DNA of 64,000 nucleotides from Bacteroidota bacterium (GTDB lineage Bacteria; Bacteroidota; Bacteroidia; AKYH767-A; OLB10): contig JBJTMY010000097.1 of NCBI GenBank assembly GCA_046073825.1, positions 5,270-69,269 of the forward strand. The letters are read 5' to 3'. The position numbers and the translations under genes were made by a program. Numbering within the stretch: the stretch's first letter is position 1; the number at the start of each line of letters is the position of its first letter. Positions 41,358-50,093 of the stretch are shown here, in pieces. A model generated the notes under the pieces. It was not told the origin of the DNA, made no database searches, and saw only the letters and a list, made by a program, of their open reading frames with translations.

Positions 41358-41381
41358 GTTTATTTTTTATTCCTTTAATCA

Positions 41382-42152
41382 ATGAAAAACAAGAAAGAAA
41401 TAGTAGACAACTGGTTACCGAGGTACACTGGAAGAGCGTTGGACGATTTCGGGAAGTATATTTTACTTACAAACTTTCAGAAATACGTGACTTTGTTTGC
41501 TGAAATGTATGATGTTCCTGTTATTGGGAATGACAAGCCGATGCCTTCAGCGACAGCAAACGGGATTACCATCATTAACTTTGGAATGGGTAGTCCGAAT
41601 GCAGCGATAATTATGGATTTATTAAGCGCTATAAATCCGAAAGCAGTTTTATTCTTAGGTAAGTGCGGTGGTTTAAAAAAGAAAAACCAGTTAGGCGATT
41701 TAATTTTACCAATTGCTGCAATTAGAGGTGAAGGAACATCGAATGATTATTTCCCAGCTGAAGTACCAGCATTACCAGCCTTCAGCTTACAAAAGGCTGT
41801 TTCAACAACCATCCGAAATTTTGACCGAGACTATTGGACGGGGACCGTTTATACGACCAACAGAAGAGTATGGGAACACGATGAAGAATTTAAAAAGTAT
41901 TTAGAAACCACACGATCGATGGCAATTGATATGGAAACGGCTACCATTTTTACGGTTGGATTTGCCAATCAAATTCCTGCTGGTGCTATTTTATTAGTTT
42001 CTGACCAACCAATGATTCCGGAAGGAATTAAAACATCTTCAAGTGATAATAAAGTAACCGAAAATTTTGTTGAAGAACACTTAAAAATCGGTATTGCATC
42101 ACTCAATGAATTAATCAACAACGGACTAACGGTTAAGCATTTACGCTTTTAA
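41382..42152 (+). CDS. AMP nucleosidase-like nucleoside phosphorylase (PNP_UDP_1 family, short form)
   Basis: IVDNWLPRYTG...FGKYILLTNFQKYV and GMGSPNAAIIMDLL / AIDMETATIF motifs. Confidence 0.75.
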   Translation: MKNKKEIVDNWLPRYTGRALDDFGKYILLTNFQKYVTLFAEMYDVPVIGNDKPMPSATANGITIINFGMGSPNAAIIMDLLSAINPKAVLFLGKCGGLKKKNQLGDLILPIAAIRGEGTSNDYFPAEVPALPAFSLQKAVSTTIRNFDRDYWTGTVYTTNRRVWEHDEEFKKYLETTRSMAIDMETATIFTVGFANQIPAGAILLVSDQPMIPEGIKTSSSDNKVTENFVEEHLKIGIASLNELINNGLTVKHLRF

Positions 42153-42163
42153 CAAACAAAAAG

Positions 42164-43225
42164 GTGGCATCTAAATCATTCGAAGAAATTTATAAAGAAA
42201 TTGAAGGAAAGAAATATCATTCAATTTATTTACTACAAGGGGAAGAGCCGTACTACATTGACAAACTTTCAGAACTAATTGAAAACACTGTTTTGGACGA
42301 AGCAGAAAAAGGATTCAACCAATCGATTATTTATGGGAGAGATATTGACAAAGTACAACTGACTGGCTTAGCCAAGGGGTTTCCCATGATGGGAAATTAT
42401 CAAGTTATAATTGTTAAAGAAGCACAAGATTTCAAAGCATTTTCCAGAGGCAAATCGAATGATGATGATGATTCCTCTGATAGTGGAAAAGACAACGACC
42501 CTTTTATTAATTATTTAAACAACCCCTTGCCTAGTACCATCCTAGTATTTTGTTACAAGTATAAATTACTGGATAAACGAAGTAAAGTTTATAAAGCAAT
42601 TGAAAAGAAGGGGGTAGTTTTTGAATCGAAAAAAATTCACGAAAGTAAATTAGCTGAGTGGGTGGAAAAATATATTGTTTCTAAGAAATACAAAATTGTA
42701 CCTGCAGCTGCTAAACTAATGGCAGACTATCTTGGAAATGATTTGTCAAAAGTGGTGAACGAGGTTGATAAATTAACAATTACATTACCGACAGGAACAA
42801 CCATCGACTCAACACATATTGAAAAAAATATTGGCATTAGTAAGGACTTTAACATATTTGAATTACAAAATGCTCTAGGAAGAAAAGATGTGATAAAGTC
42901 GACTCAAATTGTCAATTACTTTAGAGCTAATCCGAAGAGTAACCCTTTTGTACTTACCATCTACAACTTATTCTCCTATTTTTCCAAAATAATGTTGTAC
43001 CACACCTTAGGTGATAAATCTGCATCAAATGTAGCTTCAAAATTAAAGATCAACCCTTATTTTGTTAGAGATTACGAAACGGCCGCGCGCAATTATCCCA
43101 TAACTAAAACAGCTTTTATCATCAGCCATTTAAGAGATTATGATTTACGATCAAAAGGAGTAAATAATGCGGGGACGAACGATGGAGATTTGTTACGAGA
43201 GCTTATATTTAAAATATTGCACTAA
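42164..43225 (+). CDS. holA: DNA polymerase III subunit delta
   Basis: YLLQGEEPYYIDKLSELIE and the downstream delta-subunit pattern. GTG start. Confidence 0.8.
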   Translation: MASKSFEEIYKEIEGKKYHSIYLLQGEEPYYIDKLSELIENTVLDEAEKGFNQSIIYGRDIDKVQLTGLAKGFPMMGNYQVIIVKEAQDFKAFSRGKSNDDDDSSDSGKDNDPFINYLNNPLPSTILVFCYKYKLLDKRSKVYKAIEKKGVVFESKKIHESKLAEWVEKYIVSKKYKIVPAAAKLMADYLGNDLSKVVNEVDKLTITLPTGTTIDSTHIEKNIGISKDFNIFELQNALGRKDVIKSTQIVNYFRANPKSNPFVLTIYNLFSYFSKIMLYHTLGDKSASNVASKLKINPYFVRDYETAARNYPITKTAFIISHLRDYDLRSKGVNNAGTNDGDLLRELIFKILH

Positions 43226-43227
43226 CA

Positions 43228-43971
43228 GTGAATTCAAACCAAGCATCATTATCAGTAGTATCCTATATTAATTCTATTCCATTTGTTGTAGGATTAGAAA
43301 AAAGTCAGCATCCATCATTAAAAATATCGAAAGATATTCCGTCGGAATGTGCTACAAAGTTAATTGAAGGAAAGGTGGATATTGGATTAATTCCAGTTGC
43401 CATGATATCGAAAGTACCTAATGCACGAATCATTTCGGATTATTGCATTTCAGGCAATGGGAAAGTGGCTTCTGTATTACTAGTCAGTAATAGTCCGATT
43501 GAGAATATAGAAATTATATATCAAGATAACCAATCAAGGACATCAGTAGCTTTAGCTAAAATTTTAATGCGTGATTATTGGAAGAAAGAAATTGATTGGA
43601 GAGGAGAAACGACAAATTTTTTAAATCCTACAAGCAACGAAGGAATCGTAATCATTGGTGACAGAGCTTTAAAGCATTATCATACATTTAAATATTGCTA
43701 TGATTTATCAGAGCATTGGAAGTTGCATACAGGGTATCCGTTTGTATTTGCTTGTTGGGTAGCAAACAAAGAAATTCCGGAAAAAATGATTACAGTATTA
43801 AACGAATCTTTTCAATACGGAATTTCACAGATAGAAAATTTTTGTGATTCAGTAGAGACCAACAGTGACATTACTGGTAGAGAATACTTAACAAATTTTA
43901 TTCAATACCATTTAACAGATGATGCAAAAAAGGGAATGGAGTTGTTTTTAAAACTACTACCTTTACTTTGA
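43228..43971 (+). CDS. mqnA: MqnA-like (VitK2_biosynth/DUF178) chorismate dehydratase family protein
   Basis: LSVVSYINSIPF... N-terminus and the periplasmic-binding-like fold pattern of MqnA. GTG start. Confidence 0.65.
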   Translation: MNSNQASLSVVSYINSIPFVVGLEKSQHPSLKISKDIPSECATKLIEGKVDIGLIPVAMISKVPNARIISDYCISGNGKVASVLLVSNSPIENIEIIYQDNQSRTSVALAKILMRDYWKKEIDWRGETTNFLNPTSNEGIVIIGDRALKHYHTFKYCYDLSEHWKLHTGYPFVFACWVANKEIPEKMITVLNESFQYGISQIENFCDSVETNSDITGREYLTNFIQYHLTDDAKKGMELFLKLLPLL

Positions 43972-44325
43972 TTCTGACCTCATTAAATCATATACTTTCG
44001 ATGTTGCTTCCGACAATTTAGAAATTAAATTTTGCTGTTCAGGTGATAGCGAAGATTTTTCACGTGACAGTATATTACTTCTAAGCGCATTATATTCCTG
44101 ATGCGATTTAACGGGGGCTGATTTATCCAAAAATCCCGCATAAAGTTCATTGATAAAAATAGCTCTTTGTGAAGGGTCAATTTCATTTAACAACTCCTTT
44201 ACTAAGCGAATATGCGCCTGTAGTTGTTGATATACAGAGAAAGTAGATGAGTTAGCCATAGCATTATTTTTGTCCTTGCTACGACAGATTTTGAATAAAG
44301 TTTCAGGATTGATCGTAGTCGTCAA
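43963..44325 (-). CDS. Hypothetical helical protein (120 aa), translationally overlapping the histidine kinase gene
   Basis: The start overlaps the last 23 nt of the kinase ORF. No recognisable motif. Confidence 0.5.
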   Translation of the reverse strand: MTTTINPETLFKICRSKDKNNAMANSSTFSVYQQLQAHIRLVKELLNEIDPSQRAIFINELYAGFLDKSAPVKSHQEYNALRSNILSREKSSLSPEQQNLISKLSEATSKVYDLMRSESK

Positions 44326-46054
44326 TCATTAACTTCTGCTCTACTCGACGCTTTTGTTTCGGCCACGTAAATTTAAAAGTGGCACCACATCCTTTTTCAG
44401 ATTCGATCCAAATTTCACCACCTGCTTCATCTATAATATTTTTCACAATGGCCAATCCAATTCCACGAGCTTCAACTTGATCACGAGCATTTAAAGTTTG
44501 GAAGATTACAAATATTTTATCGTGGTAACGATTTTCAATACCGGGCCCGTTATCTTTCACAAAAAACTCAAATGAGTCGCCCAAGTCTTTAAACCCAACC
44601 CACACTTGTTTATCTTCCTTATCGTTATACTTCACGGCATTATTTAACAAGTTCATAAACACTTGTTCTAATTTTATTTTTTCAGTTTTTAACACTGGGA
44701 AGTGATCATTCAGGTGGAGCATCACATTTTCAGAGGCTCCTAATAAATCGAAAGATTCTTTAATGAGACTATTCGTATCTACAATTGACAACTCTCCTTC
44801 CTTCTTAGTTAATTTAGTATATTCAAGAATACCATCTATTAACCCTTCCATTCTTACTACGCGGCCTTTAATCACATCAAAGTGAGGTTTAATAGAATCT
44901 GGCAGATTATCCCCCATATCTTCTTCAATCCAACCCGTTAAATTACCGATTGCACGCAAAGGGGCTTTCAAATCGTGCGACACCACATAGGCAAACTTAT
45001 CTAATTCTTTAATTGACTTTTCAAGACTAACATTATATTGAATCATTTTTTCCTCTGCTATTTTACGAGGAGTAATATCACTTTCGATGAAAATAAATTG
45101 CTTTGCATTATTTTCACTTTCTTCAATTGGTGTCATTGTTATTTGAGACCAGAACGACTTCCCATTGTTTTTGTATCGCAGAAGCTCACCTGAAAAAGGA
45201 AGTGATTCGTTAATGGACAAATTAACTTCCTTTAAAGTTGCGCTATCTGTATTTTTACCTGTAAAAAACGTTAACACATTTTGTCCAACGGCGGATTCAA
45301 AATTAAAACCTGACAAGCGCGTAAAACCATCATTCACCCAAGATATATTCCCTTTTTCGTCAGTAATAATAATACTATTATCGGCTTTACTAGCAACGAT
45401 TGACAATTTATTCAACTCCTTATTTTTCAATTTTAATTCTTCTGTTTGAAGAGTAATTCTTTCTATAACTTCATTTTTCCCTGACTCAAGGTAACTCATT
45501 TGAACACCTAATATTAAAAATGCAAAAATGCTCGTTACTAAAAAATCAATATTTATTTGATGGGAAGAATCACCTATTAAATCATAGGAAGTAATGGTTG
45601 TATTTTCCGAAATAAAATAAAAATAGGCAGCATTAATTACCACAATTGCAAAAAATAATTGTCCGAAACGATTCCCGAGCAACATAAATATCATTAAGAT
45701 AATTGGAGCAAAATACAAGGCGGCAGAAGCTTTAATTCCACCAGCCGGATACATATTTAAGTGAATAATAAAAGTAGCCGTAATACTTAATATCAAATAG
45801 GCAATTTTTGCTCGCTTATGAAAGGGCAACATCAGCATATTAGCAATAAAAATGATTCCCATTGCTAACGTTAAATAAACGACTGGATGAGCTAATGAAT
45901 AAACCGTTAAACTTTGGAGAATAAAGATAAAACAGGATACAGCCCCTACGATTGAAGTGGCTCTAAACAGATTGTAACGCTGCTTTTTGATGAGTTGATC
46001 ATCGGGAATAGAGCGGTAAAAACGGTCTTGAACAATATTTTGAAGACTGATCAT
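44303..46054 (-). CDS. Sensor histidine kinase (polytopic membrane sensor, PAS, HisKA, HATPase_c)
   Basis: About 6 N-terminal TM helices, a coiled coil, a PAS domain (SIIITDEKGNISWVNDGFTRLSGF), H-box VSHDLKAPLRAI, and N/G boxes (LLNNAVKY, DNGPGI, GIGLAI). Confidence 0.88.
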   Translation of the reverse strand: MISLQNIVQDRFYRSIPDDQLIKKQRYNLFRATSIVGAVSCFIFILQSLTVYSLAHPVVYLTLAMGIIFIANMLMLPFHKRAKIAYLILSITATFIIHLNMYPAGGIKASAALYFAPIILMIFMLLGNRFGQLFFAIVVINAAYFYFISENTTITSYDLIGDSSHQINIDFLVTSIFAFLILGVQMSYLESGKNEVIERITLQTEELKLKNKELNKLSIVASKADNSIIITDEKGNISWVNDGFTRLSGFNFESAVGQNVLTFFTGKNTDSATLKEVNLSINESLPFSGELLRYKNNGKSFWSQITMTPIEESENNAKQFIFIESDITPRKIAEEKMIQYNVSLEKSIKELDKFAYVVSHDLKAPLRAIGNLTGWIEEDMGDNLPDSIKPHFDVIKGRVVRMEGLIDGILEYTKLTKKEGELSIVDTNSLIKESFDLLGASENVMLHLNDHFPVLKTEKIKLEQVFMNLLNNAVKYNDKEDKQVWVGFKDLGDSFEFFVKDNGPGIENRYHDKIFVIFQTLNARDQVEARGIGLAIVKNIIDEAGGEIWIESEKGCGATFKFTWPKQKRRVEQKLMIDDYDQS

Positions 46055-46127
46055 ATTCTTAACATTTTAACTGTTGAATGCTGAAAACTTATAAAGTTTG
46101 CGTTTTACGATTGTGAAAGTAATATGT

Positions 46128-46135
46128 TACTTTTG
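46128..46135 (+). promoter_or_regulatory. -7 promoter box for the response-regulator gene
   Basis: Exact TACTTTTG 14 nt upstream of ATG 46150. Confidence 0.4.
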
Positions 46136-46149
46136 AAAAAAACAATATT

Positions 46150-46590
46150 ATGGCCGATAAAAAGTTTCACTTGCTGCATATCGAAGATGATTCGGTTGAT
46201 AAAATGGTTGTAGAGCGCGTTTTAAAGAAAACAGACATTGTTGGATCACTACACCATGCTTTTGATGGAGAAGATGCCTTAAATAAGCTGATAGGAAGCA
46301 ACGGAGAGGACAAATTACAACCGTTTCCACAAATAATTTTGTTAGATATTAATATGCCGAAAATGAATGGCATTGAGTTTTTAAAAGAAATTAGAAGTAA
46401 TCCTGCATTAAAGCATTTATCGGTGTTTATGGTTACCACCTCTAGTGATGAAACAGATATCAGGAATTCCTACGAACATAATGTATCAGGCTATATATTA
46501 AAGCCAGTTGACTTATCAGAATTCGAAGGAACATTCAAATTAATCACGGAATATTGGAAACTTTGCGAATTTCCAATATCAGCTAATTAA
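46150..46590 (+). CDS. Single-domain (receiver-only, CheY-like) response regulator
   Basis: IEDD...ILLDINMPKMNGIEFL...KP receiver motifs; 146 aa with no output domain. Confidence 0.9.
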   Translation: MADKKFHLLHIEDDSVDKMVVERVLKKTDIVGSLHHAFDGEDALNKLIGSNGEDKLQPFPQIILLDINMPKMNGIEFLKEIRSNPALKHLSVFMVTTSSDETDIRNSYEHNVSGYILKPVDLSEFEGTFKLITEYWKLCEFPISAN

Positions 46591-47867
46591 TTTTCTGGCA
46601 ATTTAAAATATCGGTTAATTTCTTTGAAACTAGAACCACATTCAGTCAATACTTCTGGCAACAACTGTGAAATAGTACTAAGCAAGTTATAAATATCTTC
46701 TTTTGATAAATGGCGTGTTAATGCAATACGGATTCCTGTATTATTATAGGAAACACTAGGATAAACACAAAGACTTGTATATAGTCCGCTATTCATCAAA
46801 CGAGTAACTAAGTTATATCCGACCTGAGGCTTACCTAACGCAATAAATCGTACTGGAGTTGCTGTATCTGAATGCAACGGAACATTAAGCGCCTTCGCTG
46901 TTTCGTTAAAATAATCGATTTTTTCCTTCAACTCCTCTTGCATTTTTACAATATCATCGGAGAGATGTAACTCTGCAGATGCTTTTATTGCACCAAGAAT
47001 TGGGGGCGCTAATTGGGTTGAAAAAATAAAAGTTCTTCCATAATCGTGAACACGCTGATAGTTTGTTTTTTCTGGGAAGGCCAACACTCCACCAGAAGCA
47101 CCAAAACCTTTAGCAAGAGAAGTGGTAAAATACATTTTAGGATGATAACTCAACTTTGAAAACACATATCCAGCACCGTTAGTACCAGCCCAACTCATCC
47201 CATGAGCATCATCAATATACAAATAGAACTGTGGATATTTATCTAATAAACTTTTCAATTCTGCTAATGGGGCTACATCCCCAAACATAGAATAAACCCC
47301 ATCTGCCATATACCAGATTTTTTCATGCGTCTTCGATAATTCAATGATTTTATCTTCAAGAAGATCCATGCGATTATGGCGAACACGATCAATCGTAATT
47401 TTACGCTCATGCAATAACATGACCGCTTCCTGTACTGTTGCATGTACACTTATATCCATGACTACCGCATCACTATCGCCAACCAAAATGGGAATATTTG
47501 AAATGTGTCCTAATGAAGTAGTTTGTGAAAGTGCTACTGGCATTTTAAAAATTTCAGATAGCATCCTCTCAACATCTGAATAGAGCGTCATGGATAAGTA
47601 GGAACGAGATGAAGCGAACTGAGTTCCGTATCTAGTAGTAGCATCAACAGATCCTTTTATCAATCGCTTATCTAATTCCAATCCTAAATAGCTGCAAGAC
47701 GTATAATTCACCATTCGCTTCCCATTGACCATAACAGTACGGCCATCCATTTCACTATCTTCTGTATTTTGAAGGATAATCCCTAATGACTTTCCGGTAT
47801 CTGCAATTTGATCCAACAGCTCCAACATTTGTTGCTGCTTTGATTTTAATTTATTCTTAACGATCAT
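46587..47867 (-). CDS. PLP-dependent alpha-oxoamine synthase (serine palmitoyltransferase / cysteate-C-fatty-acyltransferase / KBL-like)
   Basis: NYTSCSYLGL, DDAHG and SLAKGFGASGG (PLP-lysine) motifs; 426 aa. Confidence 0.85.
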   Translation of the reverse strand: MIVKNKLKSKQQQMLELLDQIADTGKSLGIILQNTEDSEMDGRTVMVNGKRMVNYTSCSYLGLELDKRLIKGSVDATTRYGTQFASSRSYLSMTLYSDVERMLSEIFKMPVALSQTTSLGHISNIPILVGDSDAVVMDISVHATVQEAVMLLHERKITIDRVRHNRMDLLEDKIIELSKTHEKIWYMADGVYSMFGDVAPLAELKSLLDKYPQFYLYIDDAHGMSWAGTNGAGYVFSKLSYHPKMYFTTSLAKGFGASGGVLAFPEKTNYQRVHDYGRTFIFSTQLAPPILGAIKASAELHLSDDIVKMQEELKEKIDYFNETAKALNVPLHSDTATPVRFIALGKPQVGYNLVTRLMNSGLYTSLCVYPSVSYNNTGIRIALTRHLSKEDIYNLLSTISQLLPEVLTECGSSFKEINRYFKLPEN

Positions 47868-47970
47868 AAACTATCCAATTATTTCTAAAACTAATTCTCT
47901 GCAAAGTAAGAAGATTGAATAGGATAAAAATACACGTAACAAAGGTCTTATTAACCAATCTATGTTAATT

Positions 47971-48003
47971 GAAAAAAAGGCTCCTCTGAACAGAAGAGCC
48001 TTT
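47971..48003 (-). terminator. Intrinsic terminator of the 649-aa gene
   Basis: Stem aaaggctc..tct/aga..gagccttt. On the minus strand it is followed by T7. Confidence 0.65.
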
Positions 48004-48022
48004 CAAATTAGAATATTTCTAT

Positions 48023-49972
48023 TTAGTTTTTTGCTGAAAATTCTGGCAGTTGAAGCTCAAATTCACCTTCCTTTAAATCTCCTTTTTGAATCTGGATTTT
48101 CTCCGAAATCACTAAATCGGAGGAAAGGGTTAATGTTAATCCTGGCCTTTCTTTATTTAATACTAAGCAACGGACTGTATTATCTGATGGAGAGGTAGTA
48201 AATAGTCCAGTTTCCTGAGGCTGAGATTGGGTATAATACACATAAGTTGCTCCTGAACTATAATATCTTTCTGCTGTTCGTATATTTCCTTTTTGTCCTT
48301 TTGAAAAAATCCCTTCAGAATGTCCGATACCAATTATACTTTGATCAGACAAATGAAATTCACCCTCGCCATAAATTGTGGCATTACCACACATAATTGA
48401 AGCGTGTGATTCGATTTTTAATTGATGACCACTGGTAATATCTCCCATTACCTCTGACTTTAATTGTAGTTCATGGTTCTTAGTGACCGTTACATTTCCT
48501 AACAAAACATTTGCTTCTGGTTTTTGCACCCATTTTGAAATTGTTCCTTTTTGAAACTTCAATTGAGATTCATTTCCGCGCGTCATATTAAACGAACCCG
48601 ACAATAACATTACATCACCAGCAACATTAACAATTGAACTACCTGAATTGCTTAAGACATCCGCATCAGAAAAATATCCGCCATTAACAACAAGATTTTT
48701 CCCGATAGACAAAATCAATTTTTCATTTGAATTGGATTTTATCCCTTTGAATTCCCCACCAGTAATAATCATGGATCCATCAATTTGAATTTGATCATTA
48801 CCATCCACCATGCAATAACCGCCATTCGCTCCAGTTTTTAACATTTCAAGATTACCAGCAACGTGGTTAAATTGGCCCTTTAAATTTGTTTGTCCGTCTG
48901 TTTGAAGATCAAGACTAACATTTCCCCATACAATAGGGTTTTCAAGATTTAAAGAGCCCAACTGAAAAAAAGTTTGATTCGATTTTATATCAAACTCACA
49001 TGTAGCACCTGGAAAATCACCCTTTGTGTTGTGAATATAACTACTTCCATTTTCCATTTTGAAAATATTGAAACAATGTAGACCTGTTTCTTCCATATCA
49101 TTTTCCAAAACACCGCCGTAAGCAACACTCATCGAATTTAATCGAAGTGGCGCTGTAATTCGAAGGTCTCCTCCACGTTCAACAATTAAAGTTTGAAGTG
49201 AAGTTCCAGTACTAGATATCATGTGGTGACCTGCTTGAATAAAATAACTATTTCTTGAAGCATGTAATTGTTTTGGAGGCACCCCTTTTCCATCTCTACG
49301 ACTATTCCACGCATTAACATTATTGACCGAAAAATTCCCCGTTGAATAATATGGAATATTTGCTTCAATAAATCGTTTACCTAATGGATCACTAATTAGA
49401 GGTTGGTACGAGATAGCCCCTATTCTAAAATCTTCACATGTTGCATCAATTGCTGCGTTAGCATAATTAGCCTCTGGTTTCACATCAACTGTTAACCAAA
49501 AATAATTTTTACCCGGTAGTAAATCTTGATTAGTACTCATCTCAAACGGTCTATCAGACAATTTGGCGATTGTTAAACCAATTTGTTGAGAAGGGATAAA
49601 ATTCGGATCATTTCCAGTAAACCATAATCTGGCATTTTCAATATTTTGATCTACGGGAATCGAAGTACCTTTAGCAGTAAATTTCATGGAAGCCATTTTA
49701 ATAGACTTCCCATTTCCAATTGTTTCAACTACTACCTTTATCAATTTTTGATTCGAACTACCTCTAAGAACTGTTGAAGTTTCCTGAAATGTTTCTGCAT
49801 TTTTAAATGTCATGGCCGATTGGGCAGCATGTCCTTCTTCGTTTTGGGTCATATTAAAGACCACGATTAACAAGACAACCAATCCGGCAATGGAGGCCGA
49901 AGCAGCGACCATTGCCATTTTGAGGCTAGTCTTCTGTTTTAGCTGCTGACGAAGTTTTATTGAGCGACTCAT
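48023..49972 (-). CDS. Hypothetical membrane-anchored protein: N-terminal TM helix, beta-sandwich domain reminiscent of sialidase-associated N-terminal (BNR_assoc_N-like) domains, and a long predicted beta-helix
   Basis: Basic N-terminus plus one TM helix (MAMVAASASIAGLVVLLIVVF). The segment ...LIKVVVETIGNGKSIKMASMKFTAKGT...ARLWFTGND...LLPGKNYFWLTVDV... resembles that domain by eye. The C-terminal 400 aa show G/N-rich short-strand periodicity. Confidence 0.62.
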   Translation of the reverse strand: MSRSIKLRQQLKQKTSLKMAMVAASASIAGLVVLLIVVFNMTQNEEGHAAQSAMTFKNAETFQETSTVLRGSSNQKLIKVVVETIGNGKSIKMASMKFTAKGTSIPVDQNIENARLWFTGNDPNFIPSQQIGLTIAKLSDRPFEMSTNQDLLPGKNYFWLTVDVKPEANYANAAIDATCEDFRIGAISYQPLISDPLGKRFIEANIPYYSTGNFSVNNVNAWNSRRDGKGVPPKQLHASRNSYFIQAGHHMISSTGTSLQTLIVERGGDLRITAPLRLNSMSVAYGGVLENDMEETGLHCFNIFKMENGSSYIHNTKGDFPGATCEFDIKSNQTFFQLGSLNLENPIVWGNVSLDLQTDGQTNLKGQFNHVAGNLEMLKTGANGGYCMVDGNDQIQIDGSMIITGGEFKGIKSNSNEKLILSIGKNLVVNGGYFSDADVLSNSGSSIVNVAGDVMLLSGSFNMTRGNESQLKFQKGTISKWVQKPEANVLLGNVTVTKNHELQLKSEVMGDITSGHQLKIESHASIMCGNATIYGEGEFHLSDQSIIGIGHSEGIFSKGQKGNIRTAERYYSSGATYVYYTQSQPQETGLFTTSPSDNTVRCLVLNKERPGLTLTLSSDLVISEKIQIQKGDLKEGEFELQLPEFSAKN

Positions 49973-50044
49973 AATACAATTAATTTTAAAAAATCCTTCG
50001 CCCTTATACTTTCACTTATAACAAAAGTTTCAATCCACTTCAAT

Positions 50045-50075
50045 AAAAAAAGCCAGTCAAATTTGACTGGCTTTT
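50045..50075 (-). terminator. Intrinsic terminator of hppD
   Basis: Palindrome aaaagccagtcaaa/tttgactggctttt. On the minus strand it is followed by a T-run. Confidence 0.75.
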
Positions 50076-50093
50076 ACATTAATTTTTAATCTA

